64,000 nt of DNA from Elainella sp. Prado103 (GTDB taxonomy: Bacteria > Cyanobacteriota > Cyanobacteriia > Elainellales > Elainellaceae), in the NCBI GenBank assembly GCA_025454395.1, contig JALOOM010000007.1:3874-67873 (forward strand), written 5' to 3'. The number at the start of each line of letters is the position of its first letter. The first letter of the stretch is position 1. The notes under the pieces are model-generated. The model saw only the letters and a list, made by a program, of their open reading frames with translations, was not told where the DNA came from and searched no databases. A program made the translations under genes and the position numbers. Positions 42,367 to 51,653 of this stretch are shown one piece after another.

Positions 42367-44022
42367 ATGCCTGATCATCCTTGCCTCAGATTGGCAATTT
42401 CTCGCCTCGCGGAGCTGGAGCCGCGACACTATGCTATTTGGGTGTGGCAGGCTCCTTATCCAGGTGGTTATGTGCATCATAACTGCCAGTGGACAGAAAC
42501 CTTAACGGAGGCTTGGCACGCCTGGCAAAACTTCTTTCCGGTGCGGGGTCTGCCGCCTGTGCCCTTTGTTTCTTCTGCGTTTATTCCATCTCCGCCGTTG
42601 GACTTGAATGGAGATACTGCCAATCCGGCTGGGCAGCCCACCAATTACACCGGACGGGTGATGCAACAATTGGGGGTGACTCTCTGGCAATGGCTATTTG
42701 ACGGGCCCATCCAAAGCAGTTACAACCGTAGCCTGGGCATTGCGATCGGTCAACGGCAAGCTTTGCGGTTGCGCTTGGAAGTGCGCGATCCCGATTTAAT
42801 CATGCTGCCCTGGGAGATCATGCAAACTGAATCAGGCACCCAGGCCATTTCCCTTAGCAAGCAAATTTTGTTCAGCCGCACCACCAGTGATGTTGATTCT
42901 CTGCCGCCCCAACGCACCGAACAGGTTTTGAGAATTCTGCTGGTTTTGGGACACAATCCAGAAGCGCCGCCAGTGGGCAGTTCTGAGCAGGGTGGACAAC
43001 GCTTAGCCCTGGAGCAAGAAGCAGAGTCCTTGGCTCAATTATTGGAGAGCGCTGGTGCCACCGACTATCGGAGTACCGCCCCCGCTATCTGTCAGGTGAC
43101 TACCTTAATCGAACCCAGCAAAACTGAGTTAACCAACTTGTTGGAAACCGGGGCCTATAACGTCCTGTTTTATTCTGGGCATGGGGCTCCTGCTGCCGAC
43201 GGTGGCTTACTATTTTTGCGAGCCGATGCGGAAATTAACGGGACTGAACTGGCTCAGATCCTGGTGCGAATGCAAGTCAAACTCGCCGTGTTCAATGCCT
43301 GCTGGGGTGCCCAGCCCGATCATCGCGATGGCCAAGCGATTCCGCGCAGTAGCTTGGCGGAGGTGTTAATCCATCACGGAGTACCTGCTGTGTTGGGAAT
43401 GCGCGATTCTATTACCGATGAAGAGGCGCTCAGTTTTATCAAAAAATTTACGCAGCAGTTGGCCCGCCGATCGCCCATTGATGAAGCAGTAGCGATTGCC
43501 CGCCAAGACTTACTGTTGTTGTATCGGTTTAATCAACCGGCTTGGACACTGCCTGTCCTTTATATGCACCCCGAATTTGATGGCGAGCTGATCCGCCCTT
43601 ATACAGAAGGTGTGACTGAAATTCCCGATCAGTCAGCCAGTTGGTTAGGTCGTCACATGCCCCAGGCTTATCTGCGCTCTCTCGTGGCTCCCCCTAAAAT
43701 TTGGTCCCTGCGAGGGGGGATCATGCGGGTTGGACGGGGTGAAGGCAACGATGTGGTGTTACAACAGCCAGAAGTATCGCGAGAACATGCCGAAATTTTA
43801 TTTCAAGATGCGGCGGGTGCAACCTCGATCGAGGAAAGCGAGCCGACCTATCTGTTGCGCGATAAGTCGCGTTGTGGCACCTGGGTTTGCAATCCAGCCA
43901 ATTCAGAAGGGTGGATCTTGGTTCGTAATCGGGAAGTGCCGCTCCCTTCAAAAACCCAATTGCGGTTCGGTAATCCTCGCGGACAAGCCTTGGAGTTTGT
44001 GATCGGATCGCCGCCCATCTAG
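42367..44022 (+). CDS. CHAT (caspase/HetF-like) protease with a C-terminal FHA domain
   Basis: LPWEIM, FYSGHG, VFNACWG, W.LPVLY; FHA motifs GRGEGNDVVL..PEVSREHA and DKSRCGTWV. Confidence 0.9.
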   Translation: MPDHPCLRLAISRLAELEPRHYAIWVWQAPYPGGYVHHNCQWTETLTEAWHAWQNFFPVRGLPPVPFVSSAFIPSPPLDLNGDTANPAGQPTNYTGRVMQQLGVTLWQWLFDGPIQSSYNRSLGIAIGQRQALRLRLEVRDPDLIMLPWEIMQTESGTQAISLSKQILFSRTTSDVDSLPPQRTEQVLRILLVLGHNPEAPPVGSSEQGGQRLALEQEAESLAQLLESAGATDYRSTAPAICQVTTLIEPSKTELTNLLETGAYNVLFYSGHGAPAADGGLLFLRADAEINGTELAQILVRMQVKLAVFNACWGAQPDHRDGQAIPRSSLAEVLIHHGVPAVLGMRDSITDEEALSFIKKFTQQLARRSPIDEAVAIARQDLLLLYRFNQPAWTLPVLYMHPEFDGELIRPYTEGVTEIPDQSASWLGRHMPQAYLRSLVAPPKIWSLRGGIMRVGRGEGNDVVLQQPEVSREHAEILFQDAAGATSIEESEPTYLLRDKSRCGTWVCNPANSEGWILVRNREVPLPSKTQLRFGNPRGQALEFVIGSPPI

Positions 44023-44151
44023 TTGCCTAAATTCTCTGGCTCTATCGATCGAGCTAGCCAGATCGGTAGAAATTATCCGTGGAAATTACCAATTGATGGG
44101 AAATCTATCGTTTACAATTCGGAACGAGGCAAAGTTCAGGTGTAGTGACTC

Positions 44152-44850
44152 ATGTCAAGCAATTCACAGGATGAGAATCCTTCGCCAGAGTTTTTGGAGC
44201 ATACCATGACCCACAATCCGAACCCCGCTGTGCTGTTTCCAACCCGAGCCCATGCTGAGCTGGAACTGCTGCAAATGCTTTTACAAGAAGAGGCAGACTC
44301 TCTCGATACATCAGTTGCTTATCCTTGGAATCCGGCAGAAGCAGAAAGCTACTTTGAGGTGTTGGAACAGGCGGTTTTGCAAGCGGGTTGGACAGAAGCA
44401 GAATTTACCGAGCCTGGACAGGCAATTTCGAATCTATTAAATCAAGCTTGGGCTGAGGCTACCTTGCCGGTTTCATCGGTTTCAACGGCGATGCTGAGTT
44501 TGCTTCAGCAGTTTGCCTCCCGGTTTGATGCCCAAGTGCCTCAACAAGTCTTAAGTTCAATTGCCCAGCAAGCTCAGCAGTTGATGAGCGAAAATCGTTC
44601 GATCGCCGATCGAATGGTGGATTGTGTGCGCGACTGTTTTCCCGCTTGGGCAGAAGAAGATTTGCAAGTTTTGGCTCGTCCCTTTGCCTTTGCCATGCGG
44701 AGTGCAGAAACGGAAGTCTTGGAAGCCGCGCTTCGCTCTATGCGTTGTGCCGCCTGGAGTGATCTGTCCGGTGTAGAACAGGCTCGTCTGAGTTTGGCGA
44801 TCGCTCGCTATGCGATTGATCACGCTGCCAGTGATCCTCATGAAGTCTAG
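44152..44850 (+). CDS. Conserved cyanobacterial hypothetical protein, possibly PatU3-like
   Basis: YPWNP, DCFPAWAEEDLQVLARPFAFAMRS, WSDLSGVEQARLSLAIARYA; alternative start at 44206. Confidence 0.8.
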   Translation: MSSNSQDENPSPEFLEHTMTHNPNPAVLFPTRAHAELELLQMLLQEEADSLDTSVAYPWNPAEAESYFEVLEQAVLQAGWTEAEFTEPGQAISNLLNQAWAEATLPVSSVSTAMLSLLQQFASRFDAQVPQQVLSSIAQQAQQLMSENRSIADRMVDCVRDCFPAWAEEDLQVLARPFAFAMRSAETEVLEAALRSMRCAAWSDLSGVEQARLSLAIARYAIDHAASDPHEV

Positions 44851-44914
44851 TGAATTACGGCCAGTCTGATTTCTTGCCAGTCTAATTTCTTGCCTGTTCA
44901 ACTTGCGGGAAAGC

Positions 44915-46273
44915 CTAGCGAAACCCAGTAAACCGAGTTGCGAAATTCTGCGATCGAGTCGGAGATAAAGCCCGGGCCTTGAGGATCGCTGCCGTCAAAA
45001 AAGCGTAAGAGATAACCCCCACCACTGCCAATACGAGTAAATTAATCAGCCCCATCGTATTCCAGAGGGCATGGAGTCCTGAAGCAGTTAAGTAGCCCAC
45101 CCCCAAAATCTGCCAGCGCTTGGTGGGTTTGAGAATACTCAACCCAATGAAGTAGCCTAAATAGCCGCTGTAAGCCATGTGACCGGAAATAGAACCCAGG
45201 ATGCGCGGAATGAGGAGCTGTAGCCCCAGTAGCTCTCGATACCCCACTCCCGCCTGAAACGTCACATCATTCATAATTCCGGGTACATATTGCCCCAAAG
45301 TTTCGAGCAAAGTGAAGCCAACCGCCGAAGCAGTGCCCAGTAAGATGCCATCTAGGGGTTCCCAAACTCCAATTTTTTCTCGGGCAGGCGATCGAAGCCG
45401 TGTGCCGATCCAGTAAACCAGCAATATGGGAATCGCCTTCAGCAACTCTTCCATGAGCCCCGCCCCAAAAAACATTTGGATCAACGTGATCACAAATCCT
45501 TCTGAGCCATCTTCAGGAATGTTGCCGGGCAAAATGCCGCGAAACACCAGGACAAATAATCGCAGCACAGGGCTCAGCAGCAGCAGCATTGTGGTAATGC
45601 CGGTACCCACCAGTAGCCACCAAGGCTTTTGTTTGCCACAGAGCTGATAGACAAAATAATAAGCAATGCCTGCAATATAAGCTGCCAGGAGCACATTAAA
45701 AAATCCTGGATTGCCGATCGACAGAAACAGCAGCACCACAAAAGATACGGTGATGATGCCTGGAATCAAATAGGCTTTACGGGTGAGATCACGCCCCGTG
45801 GAGAGGATGGGGAACAATTGGCTGAGGGTGACCCCATCGCTCGGTATGGCTTCTCGCGGGTAAGCAGCGGCGATCGGTTCTGGTTCAGTCGGTAAAGGCA
45901 GGGCAGAAGGATGGGTCGGAATGGAATTGCGCAGCTCAAACACAAATTGCGGCCCAGTTTGAGATAGCAAAATTTGATCGCCAGCCCGGAGATGCCGACA
46001 CCCTTTAATCCGCTGACCATTCACATAGGTGCCATTGGCACTATCGAGATCGCAAATTTGCCAGCCTGAGGTGGAATGAGGCGCGACGCTAATTCGCACA
46101 TGCTGTCGGGAAACAGCTCCATAAAGCTGGGAGTCAAGCACAATCTGGCAACGCGGATCCCGGCCAATCACCACGGTTGCTGGGGCAATCAGTGGATAAG
46201 TGACCAGGGATGACTCCTTGGGATGAGTAGTGATCCGCCGTAGAAACGCAGAACAGGAAGATGAACTGTTCAT
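44915..46273 (-). CDS. FHA domain plus PrsW-family intramembrane metalloprotease
   Basis: IGRDP..VSRQH..DLDSANGTYVNG (FHA); GLMEELLK, GFTLLET, GHMAYSG, LHALWN (PrsW). Confidence 0.9.
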   Translation of the reverse strand: MNSSSSCSAFLRRITTHPKESSLVTYPLIAPATVVIGRDPRCQIVLDSQLYGAVSRQHVRISVAPHSTSGWQICDLDSANGTYVNGQRIKGCRHLRAGDQILLSQTGPQFVFELRNSIPTHPSALPLPTEPEPIAAAYPREAIPSDGVTLSQLFPILSTGRDLTRKAYLIPGIITVSFVVLLFLSIGNPGFFNVLLAAYIAGIAYYFVYQLCGKQKPWWLLVGTGITTMLLLLSPVLRLFVLVFRGILPGNIPEDGSEGFVITLIQMFFGAGLMEELLKAIPILLVYWIGTRLRSPAREKIGVWEPLDGILLGTASAVGFTLLETLGQYVPGIMNDVTFQAGVGYRELLGLQLLIPRILGSISGHMAYSGYLGYFIGLSILKPTKRWQILGVGYLTASGLHALWNTMGLINLLVLAVVGVISYAFLTAAILKARALSPTRSQNFATRFTGFR

Positions 46274-46315
46274 TGTAGGGGGTGCCGCACTGGGTCAGGA
46301 ACAACGGCAGGCAGA

Positions 46316-46510
46316 TTATTGATTGGCACGGGCGTCCTGAACCGCCGCATAAAATAAAATGCCGGTGAGTGGAATTGCCAGAATTAAGATTACGGTTGTC
46401 ACTAAACTGCCGAGTTGGGGTTGTCCTGAAGAAAGTTCAAACATTGAACCCACTGCCGCGATCGCTGCGACACAAGACCCTGCCAAAAATACACCACTTT
46501 TAGGAGTCAC
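46316..46510 (-). CDS. Small two-TM hypothetical membrane protein (64 aa)
   Basis: GTG start after a GAGG-like site; two hydrophobic segments. Confidence 0.7.
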   Translation of the reverse strand: MTPKSGVFLAGSCVAAIAAVGSMFELSSGQPQLGSLVTTVILILAIPLTGILFYAAVQDARANQ

Positions 46511-46737
46511 CAGTCAGCCTACCTCGTACAAATGATCAATCCACCATACTTGCCCTACTAATGAAACTTCTCCTCAGGGAGGAATGAATCATTGCAGCAC
46601 TAGCACTATAGATATAGAAGCATAAAAGATCTAGAAGCACAAAACCCCCCACAGGCTTGCCGATCGCTCCTGTGAGCATCTGCCGAATTCGCAATTTTGC
46701 CAATTCCAGGTGCCAAGCCGATCGGATCGGCTTCAGC

Positions 46738-47964
46738 CTAATCTACAAGACAGTCCTCAAGCTGTTGCTTCAACGTCGGGTGATCGAGGTTTTGACCAAT
46801 TAGCACAAGCTGGATCTTAGGCTCGCCCTTCCAGGCTTCATCATCCAACGAGAATCGTTTGCCACTGAGATGGAAAATGTGGCGTTTGGGGCTTTCCTCA
46901 AACCAGAGGATTCCCTTTGCTCGGAAGATATTTTCTGGTAATTGGTGATCGAGAAAATTCTGGAATTTCCGAATGGCAAAGGGCCGATCGCTCTGAAATG
47001 ATAGGGATGTGAAGCCATCCATCTCCAGGTGATTGGAATGATGGGCATGATCGTGATGCTCATGGCTATGATGCTCGTGATCATGATGATCGTGATCATG
47101 ATGGGCATGGCTGTGATGCTCATGGCTATGATGCTCATGGCTATGATGCTCATGGCTATGATGCTCGTGATCATGATGCTCATGATCGCAATGCCCATGC
47201 TCATGATCGCAAGCAGAATGATCGTGATGATCGTGATCATGATGATCGTGATCATGATGATCGTGCTCCGGTTCAATCAACCGATCCGGATTGAAGTATT
47301 GATCCGACTCGAATAACCCCACACTGAGAATGAGCGGTAATGCCACCTGGGACTTGGCAGTGCGCAGAATGCGAGCCCCTTCCTTGATTTCACGGATTTT
47401 GCCCTCTAATCGATCGATCTCAGCTTCCTGCACCAGATCGGTCTTGTTGAGCAAAATAATATCGCCATAGAGAATTTGATTGTAGGCAGCCTGGCTATTG
47501 AAGAGATCAAGGCTGTAGTTTTCCGAATCTACCAGGGTCACGATCGAGTCAAGCCGAGTCATATCACGCAGCTCCGTACCCAAAAAGGTGAGAGCGATCG
47601 GTAGAGGATCGGCCAGCCCTGTGGTTTCAACGACCAGATAGTCAATCCGATCTTGACGCTCCAACACTCGATAAACGGCATCGACGAGATCATTGTTGAT
47701 GGTGCAGCAGATACAGCCGTTACTCAGTTCAACCATCGTGTCATCTGAGCCTTCCACCGTCACCAGCAGCTCATTGTCGATCCCCACTTCTCCAAACTCA
47801 TTCACCAACACGGCCGTCTTCAGACCTTCCTGGTTGGTCAGAATATGATTGAGCAGGGTGGTTTTGCCACTGCCCAAAAAGCCAGTGATAATCGTGACCG
47901 GCAGCCCATGCTTAGCATCATCCATGCGGGTTGCAGTTGCGGCGGAAGGAACGGTTGAAGTCAT
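46738..47964 (-). CDS. COG0523/CobW-family G3E GTPase, putative Zn metallochaperone with a His-rich insert
   Basis: GFLGSGKTT, NEFG, GCICC (CxCC), ETTGLADP, NKTD, C-terminal CobW_C domain; likely start at ATG 47964. Confidence 0.93.
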   Translation of the reverse strand: MTSTVPSAATATRMDDAKHGLPVTIITGFLGSGKTTLLNHILTNQEGLKTAVLVNEFGEVGIDNELLVTVEGSDDTMVELSNGCICCTINNDLVDAVYRVLERQDRIDYLVVETTGLADPLPIALTFLGTELRDMTRLDSIVTLVDSENYSLDLFNSQAAYNQILYGDIILLNKTDLVQEAEIDRLEGKIREIKEGARILRTAKSQVALPLILSVGLFESDQYFNPDRLIEPEHDHHDHDHHDHDHHDHSACDHEHGHCDHEHHDHEHHSHEHHSHEHHSHEHHSHAHHDHDHHDHEHHSHEHHDHAHHSNHLEMDGFTSLSFQSDRPFAIRKFQNFLDHQLPENIFRAKGILWFEESPKRHIFHLSGKRFSLDDEAWKGEPKIQLVLIGQNLDHPTLKQQLEDCLVD

Positions 47965-48217
47965 AGCTTTGCCTGGATAGATCTGCAATGTAATGTAAGG
48001 TCAAAAATGCAAGGCCCAAACATATGGGGTCAGTTAGAAACTACTGGAATTGCTTGGGGCACAGCAGGCTGAGACTGTCCAGCATACTGAATTTCGTCAG
48101 CTCTTTAATTTTCATTCCTCAGAAGCGCAATATTGCATCGAACCAAAAGTCAATTACAACAAGCAGCATTCATCATACCTTCATTATCACCGATCCCTTC
48201 CAGGGAGGAAAAGAAAA

Positions 48218-48232
48218 TGATAATCATTCTCT
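48218..48232. promoter_or_regulatory. Putative Zur (FurB) box
   Basis: TGATAATCATTCTCT differs at 2 positions from the cyanobacterial Zur consensus TGATAATnATTATCA, and lies upstream of the COG0523 gene. Confidence 0.65.
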
Positions 48233-48603
48233 GATTTTTTCTGAAGGGATCCTGTTCAACTTGGGGAAGATCGCTCGTAGCAGGCGGTTCAGGGCTTAGT
48301 AGGCTTCCCTAAGCTTAAGGAAGAGTCTGAAATGAGGGTTGGGGTCAATACCCATTCAACATAAAGCTGCACAGAATCAACCTTATATGGGGCAAGGGCT
48401 TAAGCCCCTGGTTCAGTTCAGCCCCATCAAGGATTGGAATCAGGAGTTTAAGGTTAGGACTATTGGTTAGGACTATTATATAAAGTCGTTCATGCCAAGT
48501 CGTTTTAGACTGAATGGGTGACGTTCTAGTCTGAATTAGACAACTCTTGACAATCGGCTCGACAATTGGTGATAACCGCGTTGGTGATAATGGTGGCTGC
48601 CCT

Positions 48604-50088
48604 ATGACGCTCGCTTTTTACAACACATTGACCCGTCGTAAAGAAACGTTTACTCCGATCGAGCCGGGTCAGGTCAAAATGTATTGCTGCGGGGTCACCG
48701 TTTACGACTATTGCCACCTGGGTCATGCGCGTTCCTACATCGTCTGGGACACAGTGCGGCGCTATCTGATGTGGTTGGGCTACCAAGTACATTACGTGCA
48801 GAATTTCACGGACATTGATGACAAGATTTTGAATCGGGCCCGCGAAGAAGGCAGCACGATGGAGGCGGTGGCCAACCGGAATATTGCAACTTACTTTGAA
48901 GATATTCGCCGCTTGAATGTGTTAGATGCGATCGAGTATCCACGGGCTACCGAGCATATTGCCGAGATTCAAGCGTTGATCAAATCCTTGATTGCGATCG
49001 ACTATGCCTATCCATCCGGGGGAGATGTTTACTACCGGGTGCAACGATTTCCGAGCTATGGCAAGTTGTCGGGTCGTCAGCTCGATCAGATGCAGGCGGG
49101 AGCGAGTGGTCGGGTTGAGGCAGAAGGGGGAGAAGGCGCTAAAAAGCAACACCCATTTGATTTTGCGCTCTGGAAAGCGGCTAAACCGGGAGAACCGGCT
49201 TGGGATTCGCCTTGGGGCGCAGGGCGGCCCGGTTGGCATATCGAGTGCTCCGCCATGATTCGATCGCGCTTAGGAGAGACGATCGATATTCATACGGGTG
49301 GGGGCGATCTGGTGTTTCCGCACCATGAGAATGAGATTGCTCAATCGGAAGGAGCCACTGGCAAACCCCTGTCCCGGTTCTGGCTGCACAACGGCATGGT
49401 GAATGTGGGCGGCGTAAAAATGTCGAAGTCGCTGGGCAATTTCACGACGATCCGGCAGCTTCTAGATGCACCCAATCATCCTGATCCGATGGCAGTGCGG
49501 CTATTTGTGTTGCAAGCCCACTATCGGAAGCCGTTGGATTTCACTGAGGAGTCGATCGCGGCCGCTCAAAATAGCTGGGAAACCCTGAAAGAAGGACTGT
49601 TGTTTGGCGATAAGTTTGGGTCTGGCTTGGGTTGGACAGATGGGGCAGATCGATCGATCGGACTAGCAGAATTGCTGCGATTACCGGGTGCCAGTGAGCC
49701 GGTTCAGAAATTTCAGGCCGCCATGGACGATGACCTCAACTCTCCAGGGGCTCTGGCAGTACTGTTTGAACTGGCTAAAGAACTACGACGGGAAGGCAAC
49801 GTGATTACCCATGCTGGCAAAACTCCGACCGATCCCCAGCAGTTGCGGCAACAGTGGCAAACCCTAGTGGTGCTGGCTCAAGTGCTCGGTTTAGAAGCTG
49901 TCGCCGAACCCGCAGCGCCTCAAGTTGAACTGACCGATCAACAGATCCAAGACTGGATTGAGCAACGCCGAGCCGCCAAGCAGTCTAAGAACTTTGCTGA
50001 GGCCGATCGCATCCGGGAGGAGCTGAAAGCCAAGGGCATTGTTCTAGTGGACAAACCGGGCGGCATCACGGAATGGCATCTCGTCTAG
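48604..50088 (+). CDS. cysS: Cysteine--tRNA ligase
   Basis: YCCGVTVYDYCHLGHAR, GRPGWHIECSAM, FPHHENE, KMSKS; start at ATG 48604. Confidence 0.97.
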   Translation: MTLAFYNTLTRRKETFTPIEPGQVKMYCCGVTVYDYCHLGHARSYIVWDTVRRYLMWLGYQVHYVQNFTDIDDKILNRAREEGSTMEAVANRNIATYFEDIRRLNVLDAIEYPRATEHIAEIQALIKSLIAIDYAYPSGGDVYYRVQRFPSYGKLSGRQLDQMQAGASGRVEAEGGEGAKKQHPFDFALWKAAKPGEPAWDSPWGAGRPGWHIECSAMIRSRLGETIDIHTGGGDLVFPHHENEIAQSEGATGKPLSRFWLHNGMVNVGGVKMSKSLGNFTTIRQLLDAPNHPDPMAVRLFVLQAHYRKPLDFTEESIAAAQNSWETLKEGLLFGDKFGSGLGWTDGADRSIGLAELLRLPGASEPVQKFQAAMDDDLNSPGALAVLFELAKELRREGNVITHAGKTPTDPQQLRQQWQTLVVLAQVLGLEAVAEPAAPQVELTDQQIQDWIEQRRAAKQSKNFAEADRIREELKAKGIVLVDKPGGITEWHLV

Positions 50089-50108
50089 GTTGCTGCTACC
50101 AGAAGAAG

Positions 50109-51440
50109 CTAAACCTGCCGTAATCGCAGCATCTGAGCGACGACGGCCATGCTTTCCTCATAGAGCACATCCCGCCCCCAGCGCTGGAGTTGCTGACTCA
50201 TCAAGAACTCTGCTTTTTGATCGCTCGTGGCGGTCACCTGTTCAGTCCGGGCAATTTGGGCACCGCCTTTGGCTTCCATCCGCATACAGCCAGTCGTTTC
50301 TGAACAAATGATCGTGTTGCAGTCGGCTTTGGGGTTGCTAGAGGTGAGGCTAATACCGATCAGATCGCCAATGATCTCACCCGGATCACCGATCGGTACG
50401 CCTGCCAGTTCTGCCTTGATGATCTTTTGATTCGGCCCCACTAAATCAATATGGATAAGGTCGTAGAGATCTCTAGTCTCTGTGTAGGAGGTGGGTTGCC
50501 ATTCGAGGCGGCTAGCTAACCAACCGAGAAACATCAGGGCTTGAGCCGGATTCCCTTTTTCATAGTCGATCACAACTTGATCGATCTCTTGCAAGGATTC
50601 TCGGCGTTCTGGTGGATCGAAAGCTGCCGCTGTTAGCTCTTGCCAAGCCGAAAAGCGGTGCCAGTTTAGATCGGCCACGTAGGTTTCAGCTTCGATCAAC
50701 TCCGCCATTTTGAGGAACTCGGACTCAGGATCGCTGTAGTAGGAGGAGTCTAAAATGATGCAGCGGCAACACTCCACCATTTTTTTAAACAGTTCTTGCT
50801 CTGGATTGGGGGTCGCTTTCCACCAAATAAACTTGGGCAGTTCAGGAATCATCAGAGAGGCGGCCATATCTCCAACCCGATTCAATGCCTCTTTCGTCCC
50901 TTGCAGCGTAATGTACTCACAGCACATCAAATTACTGCTGCTTTTCTTCAAAATAGGGCAATAGGCAGACACTTGGGCCGTAACACCGCGATCTTCCCCC
51001 AGGATCGGACAGAGAGTGATGATCCGGCAGGGATTCTGAGCCGCAATCGCATCGCTTACACTTTGACCGCGAAAGTCAGCATTAGTGAGTTTCGCTTGCT
51101 CAGGCGGCAGTTTCGCATATTCTTCTCGCAGTTTGACCAATGTGGCAGGATCGACCCGCCCCGTAATGCTCAGACCGTAGGCTTTCTGGGCGTTTTTAAC
51201 CGCCTCTTTCATTAACGGCCCATTAACTCCTTCGATCGGGCCATCGTAGAAACCGAGAACAGCCAGCAATTGCTGAAATTCTTCCGGTTCATAGATCACC
51301 ATACTGAAGGTGGAAGCACGGATCGCCACCGGAGACACATTGTCCCCAACTTGGGCGTGCCAGATCTGACTCAGTTCTGCCTCGATCTCATCGATCGAGA
51401 TATCTTTGGGCTTTTGGAGAGTAACAAGTGGAGTGCTCAT
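50109..51440 (-). CDS. opcA: G6PDH assembly/allosteric protein OpcA
   Basis: MSTPLVTLQKPKDIS, NPCRIITLCP, ADLNWHR, QLQRWGRD; follows zwf. Confidence 0.95.
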   Translation of the reverse strand: MSTPLVTLQKPKDISIDEIEAELSQIWHAQVGDNVSPVAIRASTFSMVIYEPEEFQQLLAVLGFYDGPIEGVNGPLMKEAVKNAQKAYGLSITGRVDPATLVKLREEYAKLPPEQAKLTNADFRGQSVSDAIAAQNPCRIITLCPILGEDRGVTAQVSAYCPILKKSSSNLMCCEYITLQGTKEALNRVGDMAASLMIPELPKFIWWKATPNPEQELFKKMVECCRCIILDSSYYSDPESEFLKMAELIEAETYVADLNWHRFSAWQELTAAAFDPPERRESLQEIDQVVIDYEKGNPAQALMFLGWLASRLEWQPTSYTETRDLYDLIHIDLVGPNQKIIKAELAGVPIGDPGEIIGDLIGISLTSSNPKADCNTIICSETTGCMRMEAKGGAQIARTEQVTATSDQKAEFLMSQQLQRWGRDVLYEESMAVVAQMLRLRQV

Positions 51441-51653
51441 GGGCAGTTTTGCAGTGAGAATGGAGAATTAGGGGGTAGTTCAGAAATTCGAGGTCAGGAA
51501 TGGGATCGCTGTCGTGGATGGGTTCGATTCGGTCGAATTTGACCTGGTTTGCCTGATCGGTTTGGCGGGTCGGGTCGGTTAACGATCGCCTCGTAGGAGG
51601 ATAGGATCAGTAAACTTGCAGAGGCTACTGCATTAACGATGAGGCAACTTGGC

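Noticed and set aside
47029-47316. Met-rich 95-aa ORF and overlapping 158-aa Ile-rich ORF
   Set aside because: These are antisense and alternate-frame shadows of the His-repeat in the COG0523 gene.
48396-48407. Palindrome GGGCTTAAGCCC, reminiscent of cyanobacterial REP-like elements
   Set aside because: Only one short copy in the window and no associated transposase.
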